The position numbers were made by a program, and so were the translations under genes. A DNA stretch of 64,000 bases from Octopus bimaculoides (Eukaryota): contig NC_068981.1 in assembly GCF_001194135.2 (NCBI RefSeq), positions 129,728,798-129,792,797 of the forward strand, read 5' to 3'. The notes under the pieces are model-generated. The model worked only from the letters and a program-made list of their open reading frames with translations. It did no database searches and was not told the origin of the DNA. Positions 51,968 to 64,000 of the stretch are shown piece by piece. Numbering within the stretch: the first letter of the stretch is position 1; each line of letters starts with the position of its first letter.

Positions 51968-52682
51968 TGTCACTGAATTTAATGCCAATTTTGGCTTTGC
52001 TTACAATACTCATGTACATAAATTAAACTAATTTAATGAGGTACTCATATATTCTTAACCCTTTTGGTCCCTATTAGCTTAGAGTGTGCAAATGACAGGG
52101 AGGTCTTCTGCAATCCTTTGCCTATCTTGTGAGGAAATTTATGTTACCCTCAAGGAGTATAAAACTACATAGGGTGTGCATTTATTTTCCAATTTAATGG
52201 TGCTGTTGATGATACAATTGATGTAAATTGTTTTCTAAGCAGAAAAAAAAAAAAGGATGGTTTTAAAAGATGAATGACTGAATATGATGAAGACTAAATA
52301 GACACTCTTAGATTCAGTCCCTCAGACATTATGATGTATTCTTTTCTTGCATAAAAATGAAAATTTCATCACAGATACAATAAGGAGAAAAAGAAGAACA
52401 AGAAAAAAAAAAAAAAAAGACTGAATAATAAACACAAAAGGAAAATGTATAAGAAGAAAATCTGTAGGAGAACAAAGGAAAGAAATTAAAATGAAGTAAA
52501 AAGAAAGATAGAAAGATAGACAAAAGAAAGATAGAAAGATAGACAAAAGAAAGATATATTTCATCATGTTTCATTTAATTATTCCCTTTGGCAGAACATG
52601 ACTCAAAGCTTCAGTCTATTAATATGAAGTAATGAAAATATAGATCATGTGTGTGTGCGTGCACACACACACACACACACAT

Positions 52683-52713
<31 letters not shown>

Positions 52714-53478
52714 TTATATTTATTTATAGATATTAATGTATATGTATGCAAATAGATGTTTGTGTATACATATATTTACCCTCACCTCTCTCTCTCTATA
52801 TATATATATATTCATACATGTATACACAATATGTGATGCACTGTTAATAATAAGAAACAATTAAACAAATTTTCACTGTTCTTGCTCTGTGTTTGCATTA
52901 CTGCTTTTAGATACGATTCAAGTGTCAAATAATGGAAACATGAAACTTACAATGCCAATGTGTGAAATCACAGTTTTAATGGCTGTAGCCTGAATGTTGG
53001 ATGATTATATATGTATTTTTTATTTACATTTTATTGACATTTTTAGCACTTTCTTCCATTATCGGATTTATCAAAATATTGTTTAAAGTTAGATTTCTTG
53101 GTCTTTTTTATATATGAAGAATTTTGTGGGGTTTTCCAAGCAAGGGAAAAGAAAGAAGAAAAAATTTATTTGAGAAGGGGAGAGAGGTAAAGAGGCGAGA
53201 CTTTTGTATTGGTATGGTCAGACTTGTTTGTGTAGTACTTAGTTGTCTTTTAAGGTGGGGTAGGAAGAAGAATTTTTGTATTTGAATTGGTCAAAGTTTT
53301 AATTGAAAATTCAGATGTTGTTTTTGACTTACTTCAGTGAAAATTATAATTGCATTTCCAGGTCCTGTTCTTTTGTATTCATTAAAGAATAGTTGTATGG
53401 AAGTGGTCGACTTTTTTTCATTGAAATTCTAGATGTCTTCAAAAGAGTGACTTTTGAGTTCACTATATACTCACACAG

Positions 53479-53532
<54 letters not shown>

Positions 53533-53562
53533 CACACACACGCACACACACATACATATACA

Positions 53563-53593
<31 letters not shown>

Positions 53594-53899
53594 GTACATG
53601 TTCATATTTGTGCACACAAACACATACCACACATACAAAAGTACACATTATGATTTTTTTTTAAATGATTAATATAATTAAAGATTCATTTCTGTGGTTA
53701 AATAAATTTGGAAGATTTTGGTCATTTTAGCCACTACTCTTGATTTTTGTCTGATTTTTATCCTTCAGACTGCAAAATGGAATTTTAATGAAAAGCAATA
53801 CACAATGCTGTCACAATTATATTTCCAAATTCATCTATTCCTGGTTGGCTGTTTTGTTTTGAATATATTTTAAAGCTCCAACCTAGAATTTTCTAAAGG

Positions 53900-54700
53900 A
53901 GAAAGAGAACCAAGTACAGAAGAGGGAAAGCAGTTGTTCTTATAGATAGATTCCTTGGAGCAGAAGCGGTGTCTCCTGGAAATGATATTGTATGGTTTCA
54001 CGTGCCTTACTATGGACCAAGTTATGCTGTACTTAATTTTATCCTCCTTCAGTCACCATACAATATCGGCCAAAGATGTTGAATGTCTCTTATTGATTGT
54101 CTTAAAGCTGGTGATATGGTTACGATAACGATTCTTAAATGAATGTAAAAATATGCCCCTCCCCTTGTTTGCACGGTACATTTATATACAGGATTTGTAC
54201 TCATATAGAGTACAATGGGAATTTTGATTTTCTCTGCATGAGAATTTATCATACTTATTTGTATATAAGGCAGTTTGGACCTCATTTTCCGACATTATTA
54301 TCATGTTAGCCGTATCATATTTAATACTTTTCTTGCCGTATTGCGTGTTCATTTCTTTTTTGCATCTGTGATTTTATTTTTGATCTTCTATGCAAATGAA
54401 GATATTTCCTTCTTTTTGCTGCTTTACTTTCTATGAAATGAGAAGATGCATTGCGGAGACTATTATGCGGAGTTGTTTCTATTTATCACCCAATGAGACA
54501 CATCTGTACCGCCGGATGCTCCTGAATCAGTTGTTGAGTGTCCCACCAATGTGGGATTGATGCTAGATGAGTCAAAACATTTGTCGTGATTAATAATAAA
54601 TTCTTGTATATTCCATCTTCCATTTGCCATATACATAACGATCACTGTGAAAGTGACTGTGCTTTACTAGTAAGATACCAGGTGTAAACCATTTGTTAGA
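53900..54700 (-). mobile_element. Penelope-like element remnant (GIY-YIG endonuclease)
   Basis: FSCRENQNSHCTL..NPVYKCTVQT..YFYI..FKNRYRNHITSFKTINKRHSTSLADIVW*LKEDKIKYSITWSIVRHVKPYNIISRRHRFCSKE matches the PLE GIY-YIG consensus (CxCR..CPL, FKxRYxNH, W.LK, C.LC.E). Confidence 0.85.
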
Positions 54701-55479
54701 TTATCCAATATATATATCATCAACACTATATTCAGGTTATAACAAGGAACAAAAACCCAAAAGTTTTGTCTACATGGCAGATGTAGTGTTGACAAGCATC
54801 AAAAGATGCTACACATACAGAAATTCATCAGAGTAAAAGCTAGCAGAATAGCTACAAGTTCTCTTTTAGAATCCAGGAAGACATAATGCTGTAACTTTAG
54901 CCAGTTGTATATGGTAATATTGTATGACATCATTTGTAGTCTGCTGGAAAAATCCAGGCTGTATCTCAACAGCAATTGAAGATGCAGGCTCTTCTTGGTG
55001 GAGAAAAGGATCATTTTTAAGAACTCACATGATCCAAGTCCTTTTCTGAACTGAAAAAGTAGAAGTTTTGTATGTTGTTCTCAGGAGCATGCATTGATTT
55101 TGGTGAATTTGCTAACATTGTCAAGTCTAAGTTTGCACTAGGAAATGATATACACTTCACCTATGGTTACTCCCATATCCTGTGCCATATCTGGTACAAC
55201 CCTTTTTGGGGTTCTCCAACCCTCTCATGTTTTGCCTTCATCATTCATTATCATAATCATTTGCATTATTTCTATTATCATTGTTACCATTCTGTAATTT
55301 TAACACATCTTTCAAAGCTATGGGTTTTCATTTCCTCTGTTTTCACAGCTTGACCTTTAACCTCAATCCATGGGAAATAACTTTTCCTATATTCTTTTTG
55401 TTTTTGCATTAAATTTTTACCAAATTTTTATTCCACTAAAAAATATATACCTAAAACATTTTTTCGTGTAAGCATTGTA

Positions 55480-56530
55480 GTAACAGACTAAATGACTTTA
55501 TTGACCTCTTGATATTAAATCCAAGTTTTTGTTCTTTACTGACATAATAGTCTACTGTTGCTGCATAATTACAGTCCACAAGTGACTGTCAGAATCAGAA
55601 AACCTACACTTATTATTTAAAGAATTTGGACATTCAGTTACTACAGATACCAACTAATGCAGAGTTGACTTCCTGGATGTCATTCTAAGTCTTTCTACCT
55701 CACTTAGACAATCATTTATCAAAACTAAAGAATCTAAGAACTAGATTCACAAACTTTTTACCCACTCCTGGCATATAATTAATAATTCAGTTAAGAATAT
55801 TTTTATAGAATCTCAAGCCTTTCTGTCAATAAGCTAATTTTTAATGAAGCTGCACCTCACTACAATGGAGCACTAGGAATATCTTTAAAGAGAATATAAT
55901 CTACCAAATATAACTCTAATACATATATTACTTGTACAAACAATAGAGATAGAATCAGGAACATCATGTTGTAATCCAAAAGACAAATTCCTTTCCCACT
56001 AAGTTAGAAAACACTTTTACCTATAGCATAAATATTTAATTAGAATACCATAAACTTATTTACTCAACCACACATGAAATTGCATAAGCCCTGTTTTATT
56101 CTAACATATACAAGCACAACTTTCACAAATTCAAAAAAAAGAAACTGTAATTATATATATCTTAATCTTTACCTTTAGATTCTAGATGTCAGGATAGTTA
56201 TGTAACTTACCAATAGAATGGTAAGATTAACTTACCATACATAAGATTAACTTCTACTACATTCAAATTATGTTATATGAACTACATGTACACTTTCAGA
56301 AATCAATCTAAGAAAAGAAACGTCATTCTCTTATCTTACTTGGGAGTTATAAGTGAAGAATATTCAATACACATTCAAATGGAACATAGTATCTAGAATT
56401 AAGTCATGCTGGTAATAAGAGGACCATGTAATTTATGTACTATAGAAACTATGATCATCTTATTTCAAAAAGATAATATCCTATATATAAACACATGAAA
56501 AGAAGTCATCCGGGAACCATATGTTCTTAC
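55480..56530 (+). mobile_element. Highly degenerate Penelope-like element (RT thumb, linker, GIY-YIG)
   Basis: VDFLDVILSLST.., FNEAAPHYNGAL, NRDRIRNIML, HMKLHK, KETSFSYLTWEL*VKNIQYTFKWNIV, GPCNLCTIETMII occur in the expected PLE order. Confidence 0.75.
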
Positions 56531-56922
56531 AAATTTATCTCTACTATAAAGCTTGAACATTGTCATACAAGTGACCAGATATGTATGTGAATTCATTACA
56601 TTCTATCTACTGCCTTTTCAAACTGTGGTATTAATTCATGGAAGTCAAAATCCAGTTCTACATATTTTACCTGATGTATATTTTTAAAGTTTGTAGCATC
56701 TAATTTATTTACTATTTTTTCTCTCTCTCTGTCTTTGTGTATGTGTGTGTATATGTGAGAGAGACTACATAATTATATGTCACACACACATACATATATA
56801 TGTGTGTGTGTGTGTGAGAGAGAGAGACTGTACATGTTTATATGTACACACATGTGTATGTGTGTGTGTATGTGTGAGTGTATGTGTATGTATATATATG
56901 TATATATGTGTGTGTATGTGTG

Positions 56923-56956
<34 letters not shown>

Positions 56957-57146
56957 TGCATACATGTATATATGATTGTATGTGTCCTGATTGCTCAGAG
57001 AATTAATGGGAATATAAAGACCATACATGCATCAATTTTACTAAGTGTACCATTAAGCAAAATGAATAATAGTGTTTATATTTATGCTGTGGCATTTATA
57101 ATTTTAAAGTACATTGGTCTTCAGTTTTACAGCTGCATGCATGTAT

Positions 57147-57193
<47 letters not shown>

Positions 57194-57194
<1 letters not shown>

Positions 57195-57660
57195 CCTATT
57201 ATAAATTTAAGTGATGTTTCTCTGTCCATTACGTTTTTCTCTGTCGTTAACTCCTCCTAGACTATTGGTGCAAGGACAATGAAACTCAAACCAACAACTC
57301 CCTAATCCCAGGGAATGTCCTAAAGGGGTTTATTTTTTTAAGGTCCACCTAATTGGGGTCCCACTAAACCCCTATTTTTACTGCATTTCAAACAAAATAC
57401 ATGGCATTGGCAAGCAAATCAGAGCAATAACAATGCATTTCATACCCTGAACTCCCAAGGAGTATCATAATGATGTTCAATTTCTGAAGGGCCGCTTAAA
57501 TGGGGCCCTCACTGACAAACCCTAATTTTACTGCATTCACCTTGCTCCTACGCCTATTGGTTAAACTGTGATCAGCATCAGTACTTAGCACATTTCCAGA
57601 AATATGTTTGGGCATTCTAAATACCTTCATGTACATTCAAATCAAGATATAAATTATAAC
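57194..57660 (+). mobile_element. Possible non-autonomous Helitron (5' portion)
   Basis: A|TCCTATTATAAATTTAAG..CTCTGTC..AACTCCTCCTAGA..TTGG..GAAACT resembles Helitron 5' ends. Has an internal ~55-bp imperfect direct repeat (~57335 and ~57480). 3' end not found. Confidence 0.45.
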
Positions 57661-57741
57661 AGGTATGTTTCAAGTGTAGTAGTGTGAATATTTATATTTT
57701 GTTGTTTATGAAAGTTTTATGTCTAGTACACACACACACAC

Positions 57742-57813
<72 letters not shown>

Positions 57814-59729
57814 AAAATAAGCAACAAGAATATCCAGAGGTAATGCAGTATGATCGTTTCATGCAACTCCATTTAATTGCACAATGTAATCATTACATCA
57901 ATTTAAAATGCAGAGAAATCCTCAGCAGCACAAAGACATAGAATTTAATTAAATTAGAACAGATGGACACATTAGTATAATTATACCTAAAATCTCCAAG
58001 AAGTTAAGCAGATAAACAAAGAACATGTTGCCTCTAATACAACATAGAAGTTAATAAATAAATAAATTGTCAAGAAGCCTTTGCCTGTCACTGATTATAT
58101 TTGTTTTAATGGGATTGGTTTTAATTTATAGGCTAGTTTATCAATCTAAGGCTGAGAGAATAAAGGGCATTATCTGTTGGGGGTAGGGCTGAGAGAGCAG
58201 ACAAGTCAGTTGGTATAGTCATAAAAATCATGAGGTTTGGTAAAGGAAAACTTAAAACAAGATGTTGGCTGACAACTAAGGGGTGGTCGCCCACTAGCAG
58301 ACCATTGATAATGAAACAGGAGAAGTCTTATCATGAAGTACTATAGTTAAATGTTTTAAAACAATGTTGCTATATTCTATACAGATAAAGTTTATGGTTA
58401 TTCAGAGGGTTATTAAGAAGAATATATTAACAAAAGAATAGAAATTTATGGATACTTTTGAGTATATACCAAACTTTTACCATAATAGAGGGAGGAAAAG
58501 AAATTATTCAGAAATAGTTTAATATTTATACGTATTGTACACTTAAATACTAACTCATCAGATGGTATCTGTGAATATTGATTAATTGCTATATACTGGT
58601 ATTAATAAAGGAGTATTGAGTCAAAATAACATTCTAGTCATATATTAATAAAATTATATTCTAAGCAGTTTTTTTTTATATGTAGTGAATATACCAGTAT
58701 AGTTTTATATAAGCTAAGTATGAATTTATAGATACAAAGATTAGCTTAATTTTTTATGAATAAATAAAGGCTAATTATAAATGAATAAAGAAATCAAATA
58801 AAATAATCAATTAGAGTAGAATACCATAGAAATAAAATAGCTTAATTACTAAAGCATATTTAGCTTATTAACACCAATAGAGAAGATTTGTAGAAAAAGT
58901 ATAATAATTCAAAATATATTGGACTAAAAATTATATATTTACCTATTTAGCTAATATCAATAAAAGACTGATGTCTGGTATCAGTTAAAGGAATATTTAA
59001 GTTATGGAACATTCAAATTTNNNNNNNNNNAGACTGATGTCTGGTATCAGTTAAAGGAATATTTAAGTTATGGAACATTCAAATTTTACACTAATCTTTC
59101 TATATATAAACTCAGGGATTATATTATAGGTTTAAGAAGTTATTATTGTTACTCCTTACATGATATTTATAGTTTCTTGGTGGTACTTGTTTAGAGGGGT
59201 TATTTATATAAAGGCCTTTATAAAATACTAAGATCAGGAGGTTAGAGCCATTTAAGAAAGCGATAAATCAAGTAATCTCTAAAGATCATTTCAAACAATA
59301 TTGTCTTATTGTACAAAGTTAAAATTCAGGGTAATCAAGAAAATTATTAAGAATGAAATTTTAACAAAAGGATAAAACTTCTATAAATATTATGAGTAAA
59401 TACCAAATTTTTTTTACCACAATAGAGGGAGGAAAAGAAAGTTACAAAGAAATTAGTTTAATATTTATTTACTTATTAGCTATTTAAATATTAATGTATT
59501 ATATGGTTTCTTTAAAGATTGATCAATTGGATTTACCTGGTATTTAATAATGAACCAACCGAGGTATGCATATATATATATGTATACAGATATATATATA
59601 TATATAACACCTCGTTCAGAGATTTAACATTGCTTGTCTTCACTTTTTCGATATCAGTGAATAACTTCACTGGAAAAAGACTTATATATTGCCAAGGGAT
59701 TGTCATTCTCATCAAAGGTCGGCGATTAT

Positions 59730-59774
59730 CGTACGCTGAAGAAGGGAAATAACCCTGAAACTCGGGTCCGTACG
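59730..59774 (+). ncRNA. Type I hammerhead ribozyme, apparently intact
   Basis: Stem I CGTACG(59730-35)/CGTACG(59769-74); core CTGAAGA (59736-42); stem II AGGG-AAATAA-CCCT; GAAA (59757-60); stem III A-C-TCGG-G-T; cleavage triplet GTC (59766-68). Confidence 0.8.
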
Positions 59775-60929
59775 TATCGCAGATCAAGATGGGAAGGATA
59801 ACTTCCCTTGGCAAAAATAGACAGGACACAGATATGTGTCGATAAGCCAGCTGGAGGAGATGTTCTCCTGGGGCTAAAAGCAACAGTAACATCCACCCTT
59901 AGGGGTCAGCCACATTTAAATGGCAAATATACTTCACTTTATCGTGCAGTTACTGTTAACNNNNNNNNNNNNNNNNNNNNNNNNNNNNNNNNNNNNNNNN
60001 NNNNNNNNNNNNNNNNNNNNNNNNNNNNNNNNNNNNNNNNNNNNNNNNNNNNNNNNNNNNNNNNNNNNNNNNNNNNNNNNNNNNNNNNNNNNNNNNNNNN
60101 NNNNNNNNNNNNNNNNNNNNNNNNNNNNNNNNNNNNNNNNNNNNNNNNNNNNNNNNNNNNNNNNNNNNNNNNNNNNNNNNNNNNNNNNNNNNNNNNNNNN
60201 NNNNNNNNNNNNNNNNNNNNNNNNNNNNNNNNNNNNNNNNNNNNNNNNNNNNNNNNNNNNNNNNNNNNNNNNNNNNNNNNNNNNNNNNNNNNNNNNNNNN
60301 NNNNNNNNNNNNNNNNNNNNNNNNNNNNNNNNNNNNNNNNNNNNNNNNNNNNNNNNNNNNNNNNNNNNNNNNNNNNNNNNNNNNNNNNNNNNNNNNNNNN
60401 NNNNNNNNNNNNNNNNNNNNNNNNNNNNNNNNNNNNNNNNNNNNNNNNNNNNNNNNNNNNNNNNNNNNNNNNNNNNNNNNNNNNNNNNNNNNNNNNNNNN
60501 NNNNNNNNNNNNNNNNNNNNNNNNNNNNNNNNNNNNNNNNNNNNNNNNNNNNNNNNNNNNNNNNNNNNNNNNNNNNNNNNNNNNNNNNNNNNNNNNNNNN
60601 NNNNNNNNNNNNNNNNNNNNNNNNNNNNNNNNNNNNNNNNNNNNNNNNNNNNNNNNNNNNNNNNNNNNNNNNNNNNNNNNNNNNNNNNNNNNNNNNNNNN
60701 NNNNNNNNNNNNNNNNNNNNNNNNNNNNNNNNNNNNNNNNNNNNNNNNNNNNNNNNNNNNNNNNNNNNNNNNNNNNNNNNNNNNNNNNNNNNNNNNNNNN
60801 NNNNNNNNNNNNNATATATATATATATATATATATATACATATGTATGTATATATGTATACATATTTATTTATTTATTTATCTATGGGTTTCAGCCAAGT
60901 GGCTGTGGTCATGCTGGAGCACCACCGTG

Positions 60930-62785
60930 ATTCTCCGTCTTTATGCTGTGCTCTCTTCACGTTCCTTGCATGGCTCTTCTCTGCCACCTGATGTAGTCCA
61001 ATCAAGACTTTCGATGGCACATCTGGTGTATAAGAGAATTTGACATTGCTGCCCTCAACTGTGTCTCATTTCGAGCAATTGGTTCATATAGTATCGTGGA
61101 TAGGAAAGTGTTATGTTTTGTTTTGAAGACCTCTATATCCATGTCTTGCAGGTTTCTCAATTGTTTTGGCAGGGCATTAAAGAGCTGAGGTCCTCCGAAA
61201 CCGAGGCTGTTGCAGTACCTTGTTCTTATGTGAGATGCAGTGGACGGTACCCTTGGTACTATGCAGTGGTGACCTGTGCGGGCATTCTTGTAGTACTTGA
61301 TGCCAAAGTTTGGCACCAGTCCTTCCAGTATTTTCCATATGTATATTATTACATATCCCTCCCACCTGCACTCCAGGGAGTAGAGACTTAGTGCCTTCAG
61401 TCACTCCCTGTAGTTCATCTGCTGGACTGTGGCAATCTTTTCTGTATAGTGCCGCTGAATTGCCTTGAGTTCTGCTGTCAGCTTGACACTGTGTGGTGAC
61501 CACAACTGAGAGCAATAGTCTAGTCAGAACAAATGTCTTCCATAGAGTCAACATGACTTTTTGATCCCTTGTTCTGAATGTCGTCAGTATCCACCCTGCC
61601 AGTTGTCTGCACTTTGCTGCCAACTTGACAATGTGCATGTGAAATGATGCATCACTACGCATACTGTTGCTCAAGTCTCTCACTGTTTGTGGTTCTGGGA
61701 TTGCAGTACCTCCAGGTCCTGTGTATGCCAGTTGGGAGGTGCTTGTGGTCTTGTAGCACAGTACTTGAAATTTTTTAGCATTGAACAGAATATTATTTTG
61801 CTCTGCCCACTTGTATATTGCATTTAGGTCATTCTGCTTATGACATCATCAAGATTCTTTATTGCCTGAGATAGTTTTGTGTCATCAGCGTAGCTAGTGA
61901 CAATGGCTGTCCAAGTGACCGTGGGCATGTCCAGAAGGGCTACTATGAACAGTAGTGGCCCCAGGACAGTTCCTTGTGGAACACCGCTCAATATTTGCAT
62001 TTCTCCAGATAATTCTCCATTGGCTGCAACTATCTGACTTCTACCATTCAGGAAGTCATGCAGCCACTCTCCTAATTTACCAGCTATGCCAAGGTTTTGC
62101 AGCTTGTGACATATCATGCCATGATTAACTTTGTCAAAGGTTTTTGCAAAGTCGAGATATATCACATCAACATTTGAATGGTCATGTAGCTGCTTCAGGA
62201 CCCAGCCATAATGCTGCAAGAGCTGCGTGAGGCAGCTTCTACCTGGATGGAAACCATGCTGGGTCTCATTCAGCAAGTCATTTTCTTCTAGGAACGCAAT
62301 CAATNNNNNNNNNNNNNNNNNNNNNNNNNNNNNNNNNNNNNNNNNNNNNNNNNNNNNNNNNNNNNNNNNCACTATTACATCTTCCTCTTCAATGTCAATG
62401 TAGGTAATGGATGCAGTATTATTCTGCTGAGTGATATTGTCAAAGAAATCAGCTGGGTTCTTTATCTGCATGTGACTCAGAGGAGAAGTGAAAACACTCT
62501 TGAATTGCGCACTGAGCACTTCACTTATCCATGTGGAGTCTGCAGTCAGTGAGCCATTAGGCAGGAATAGGGGTCCTATTTTGTACTGTGCCGTGGCAGT
62601 CTCCTTTGCAAATCTATAGAAAGCCTTGGGGTTTGTTTTTATGCTTTCTGCTGCTCTCTTCTCCTTCTCCGCTCTCTCCGTTTCATGGGAGAGTTTGATT
62701 TTGTTTTCTATTTCTAACAGTCTTAGTTTTAATTTATCCCTTTTCCTTTCCTCCAGTTCTCAATTCAACTGGCTTGAGACCTTTG
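60930..62785 (-). mobile_element. CR1/Jockey-group LINE, RT and C-terminal region, defective
   Basis: LNETQHGFHPGRSCLTQLL..VDVIYLDFAKTFDKVNH..SGVPQGTVLGPLLFIV..SYADDTK..RDLSNSMRSDASF..FRTRDQKVMLTLWKTFV..GPQLFNALPKQLRNL. Confidence 0.93.
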
Positions 62786-62792
62786 TTCTGTG

Positions 62793-62861
<69 letters not shown>

Positions 62862-62904
62862 CACACATATATATATGTAAATGTATAAATATATATGCAC
62901 ATAT

Positions 62905-64000
62905 AAAGAGAATGAATGGGAGGAAGAGAGTCTGCTGCATGTTGACCCAACAGAGGGACCAGCTATCCTAGTTGACAGTACCTTGGTAGCTGCTAGAATA
63001 AGAATAGCCTGGGCAAAGTTTAGAAAGCTCTTACCTCTGCTGGTGACAAAGGGCCTCTCTCTCAAAGTAAAAGGCAGACTGTATGACGCATGTGTACGAA
63101 CAGCCATGTTACATGGCAGTGAAACATGGGCTGTGACTGCTGAGGACATGCGTAAGCTTGCAAGAAATGAAGCCAGTATGCTCCAATGGATGTGTAATAT
63201 CAGTGTGCATACTCGACAGAGTCTAAGTACCTTGAGAGAAAAGTTAGACTTAAGAAGCATTAGTTGTGGTGTGCAAGAGAGACGATTGCGCTGGTATGGT
63301 AATGTGGCAAGAATGGATGAGGATAGCTGTGTGAAAAAGTGCCACACCCTAGCAGTTGAGGGAACCTGTGGAAGAGGTAGACCCAGGAAGACCTGGAATG
63401 AGGTGGTGTAGCATGACCTTTGAACATTAGGCCTCACCAAGACAATGACTAGTGACCAGGACCTTTGGAAATATGCAGTACGTGAGAAGACTCGGCAAGC
63501 CAAGAGAGAGCATAATCTGTGGCCTCTACCAGAAGTGTAACCAGCTCACTTATTCATATCTTTTCTTCATTGGACACTAAACTCTGCTTGCGAAGACCTG
63601 TTGAGGCAAGTGAATTTGAAATCGAAATCGAACTAAATTCAACGATTGGCACCCATGCCAACCTCTCCTTCATTGGACACTAAACTCTGCTTGCGAAAAC
63701 CTGTTGGGGCAAGGGAAATCGAAACCGTATTTGAACCATATTGGATGACTGGCACCTATGTCAGTGGAGCACTAACAGCACCATCCGAGCATGATCATTA
63801 CCAGAGCAGCTGTCTGGCTTCCATGCTAGTAGCATGTAAATAGCACCATTTGAGCGTGATCGTTACCAGCATCGCCTTACTGGCACTTGTGCCGTTGGCA
63901 TGTTAGAAAATCATTCAAGTGAGGTTGTTGCCAGTGCTGCTGGACTGGCTCCTGTGCAGTGGAACTTAAAAAACACCATTTTGAGCATGGCCGTTATATA
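62905..64000 (+). mobile_element. RTE LINE with internal deletion of the RT core; ORF end and 3' UTR run off the window
   Basis: WEEESLLHVDPTEGPAILVDSTLV (linker, as at 41370-41440) is fused at ~62989 to C-terminal AARIRIAWAKFRKLLPLL..TAMLHGSETW..RGRPRKTWNEVV*. The 3' UTR has a ~100-bp tandem duplication (63563 and 63667). Confidence 0.92.

Noticed and set aside
58000-59520. Mitochondrial insertion (NUMT) suggested by extreme AT content and an internal ~70-bp repeat (~58395 and ~59390)
   Set aside because: No convincing mitochondrial protein, tRNA or rRNA motif could be read; it is more likely a decayed repeat. BLASTn against mtDNA would settle it.
59835-59935. Second ribozyme (twister or HDV-like) in the hairpins downstream of the hammerhead
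   Set aside because: Hairpins exist, but the required pseudoknot pairings and conserved core residues could not be assigned.

Overview
This is AT-rich, microsatellite-dense animal genomic DNA from a gapped draft assembly. The SINE, RTE and Penelope repeat families look like those of coleoid cephalopods (Octopus-like); this is recognition by eye, not a database match. No host protein-coding exon can be supported, so the window reads as intergenic or intronic. It is a layered graveyard of transposons. DNA transposons: a complete but dead hAT/Buster element, two internally deleted Tc1/mariner elements (one DD37D) and Helitron remnants. Retroelements: many RTE pieces, CR1-group and R4/Dong-like LINE remnants, two Penelope-like (GIY-YIG) remnants, several tRNA-derived SINE families, and a small non-autonomous LTR element with a tRNA-Trp primer-binding site nested in an RTE. 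The most interesting signal is RNA-level. An apparently intact type I hammerhead ribozyme (59730-59774) sits at the tip of a ~126-nt rod-like fold next to an assembly gap. Further hammerhead-like cores occur elsewhere, including a pair inside a ~330-bp palindrome (18679-19009). Most listed ORFs are artefacts of microsatellites or N runs. Repeat boundaries are approximate unless a TSD or TIR is given.
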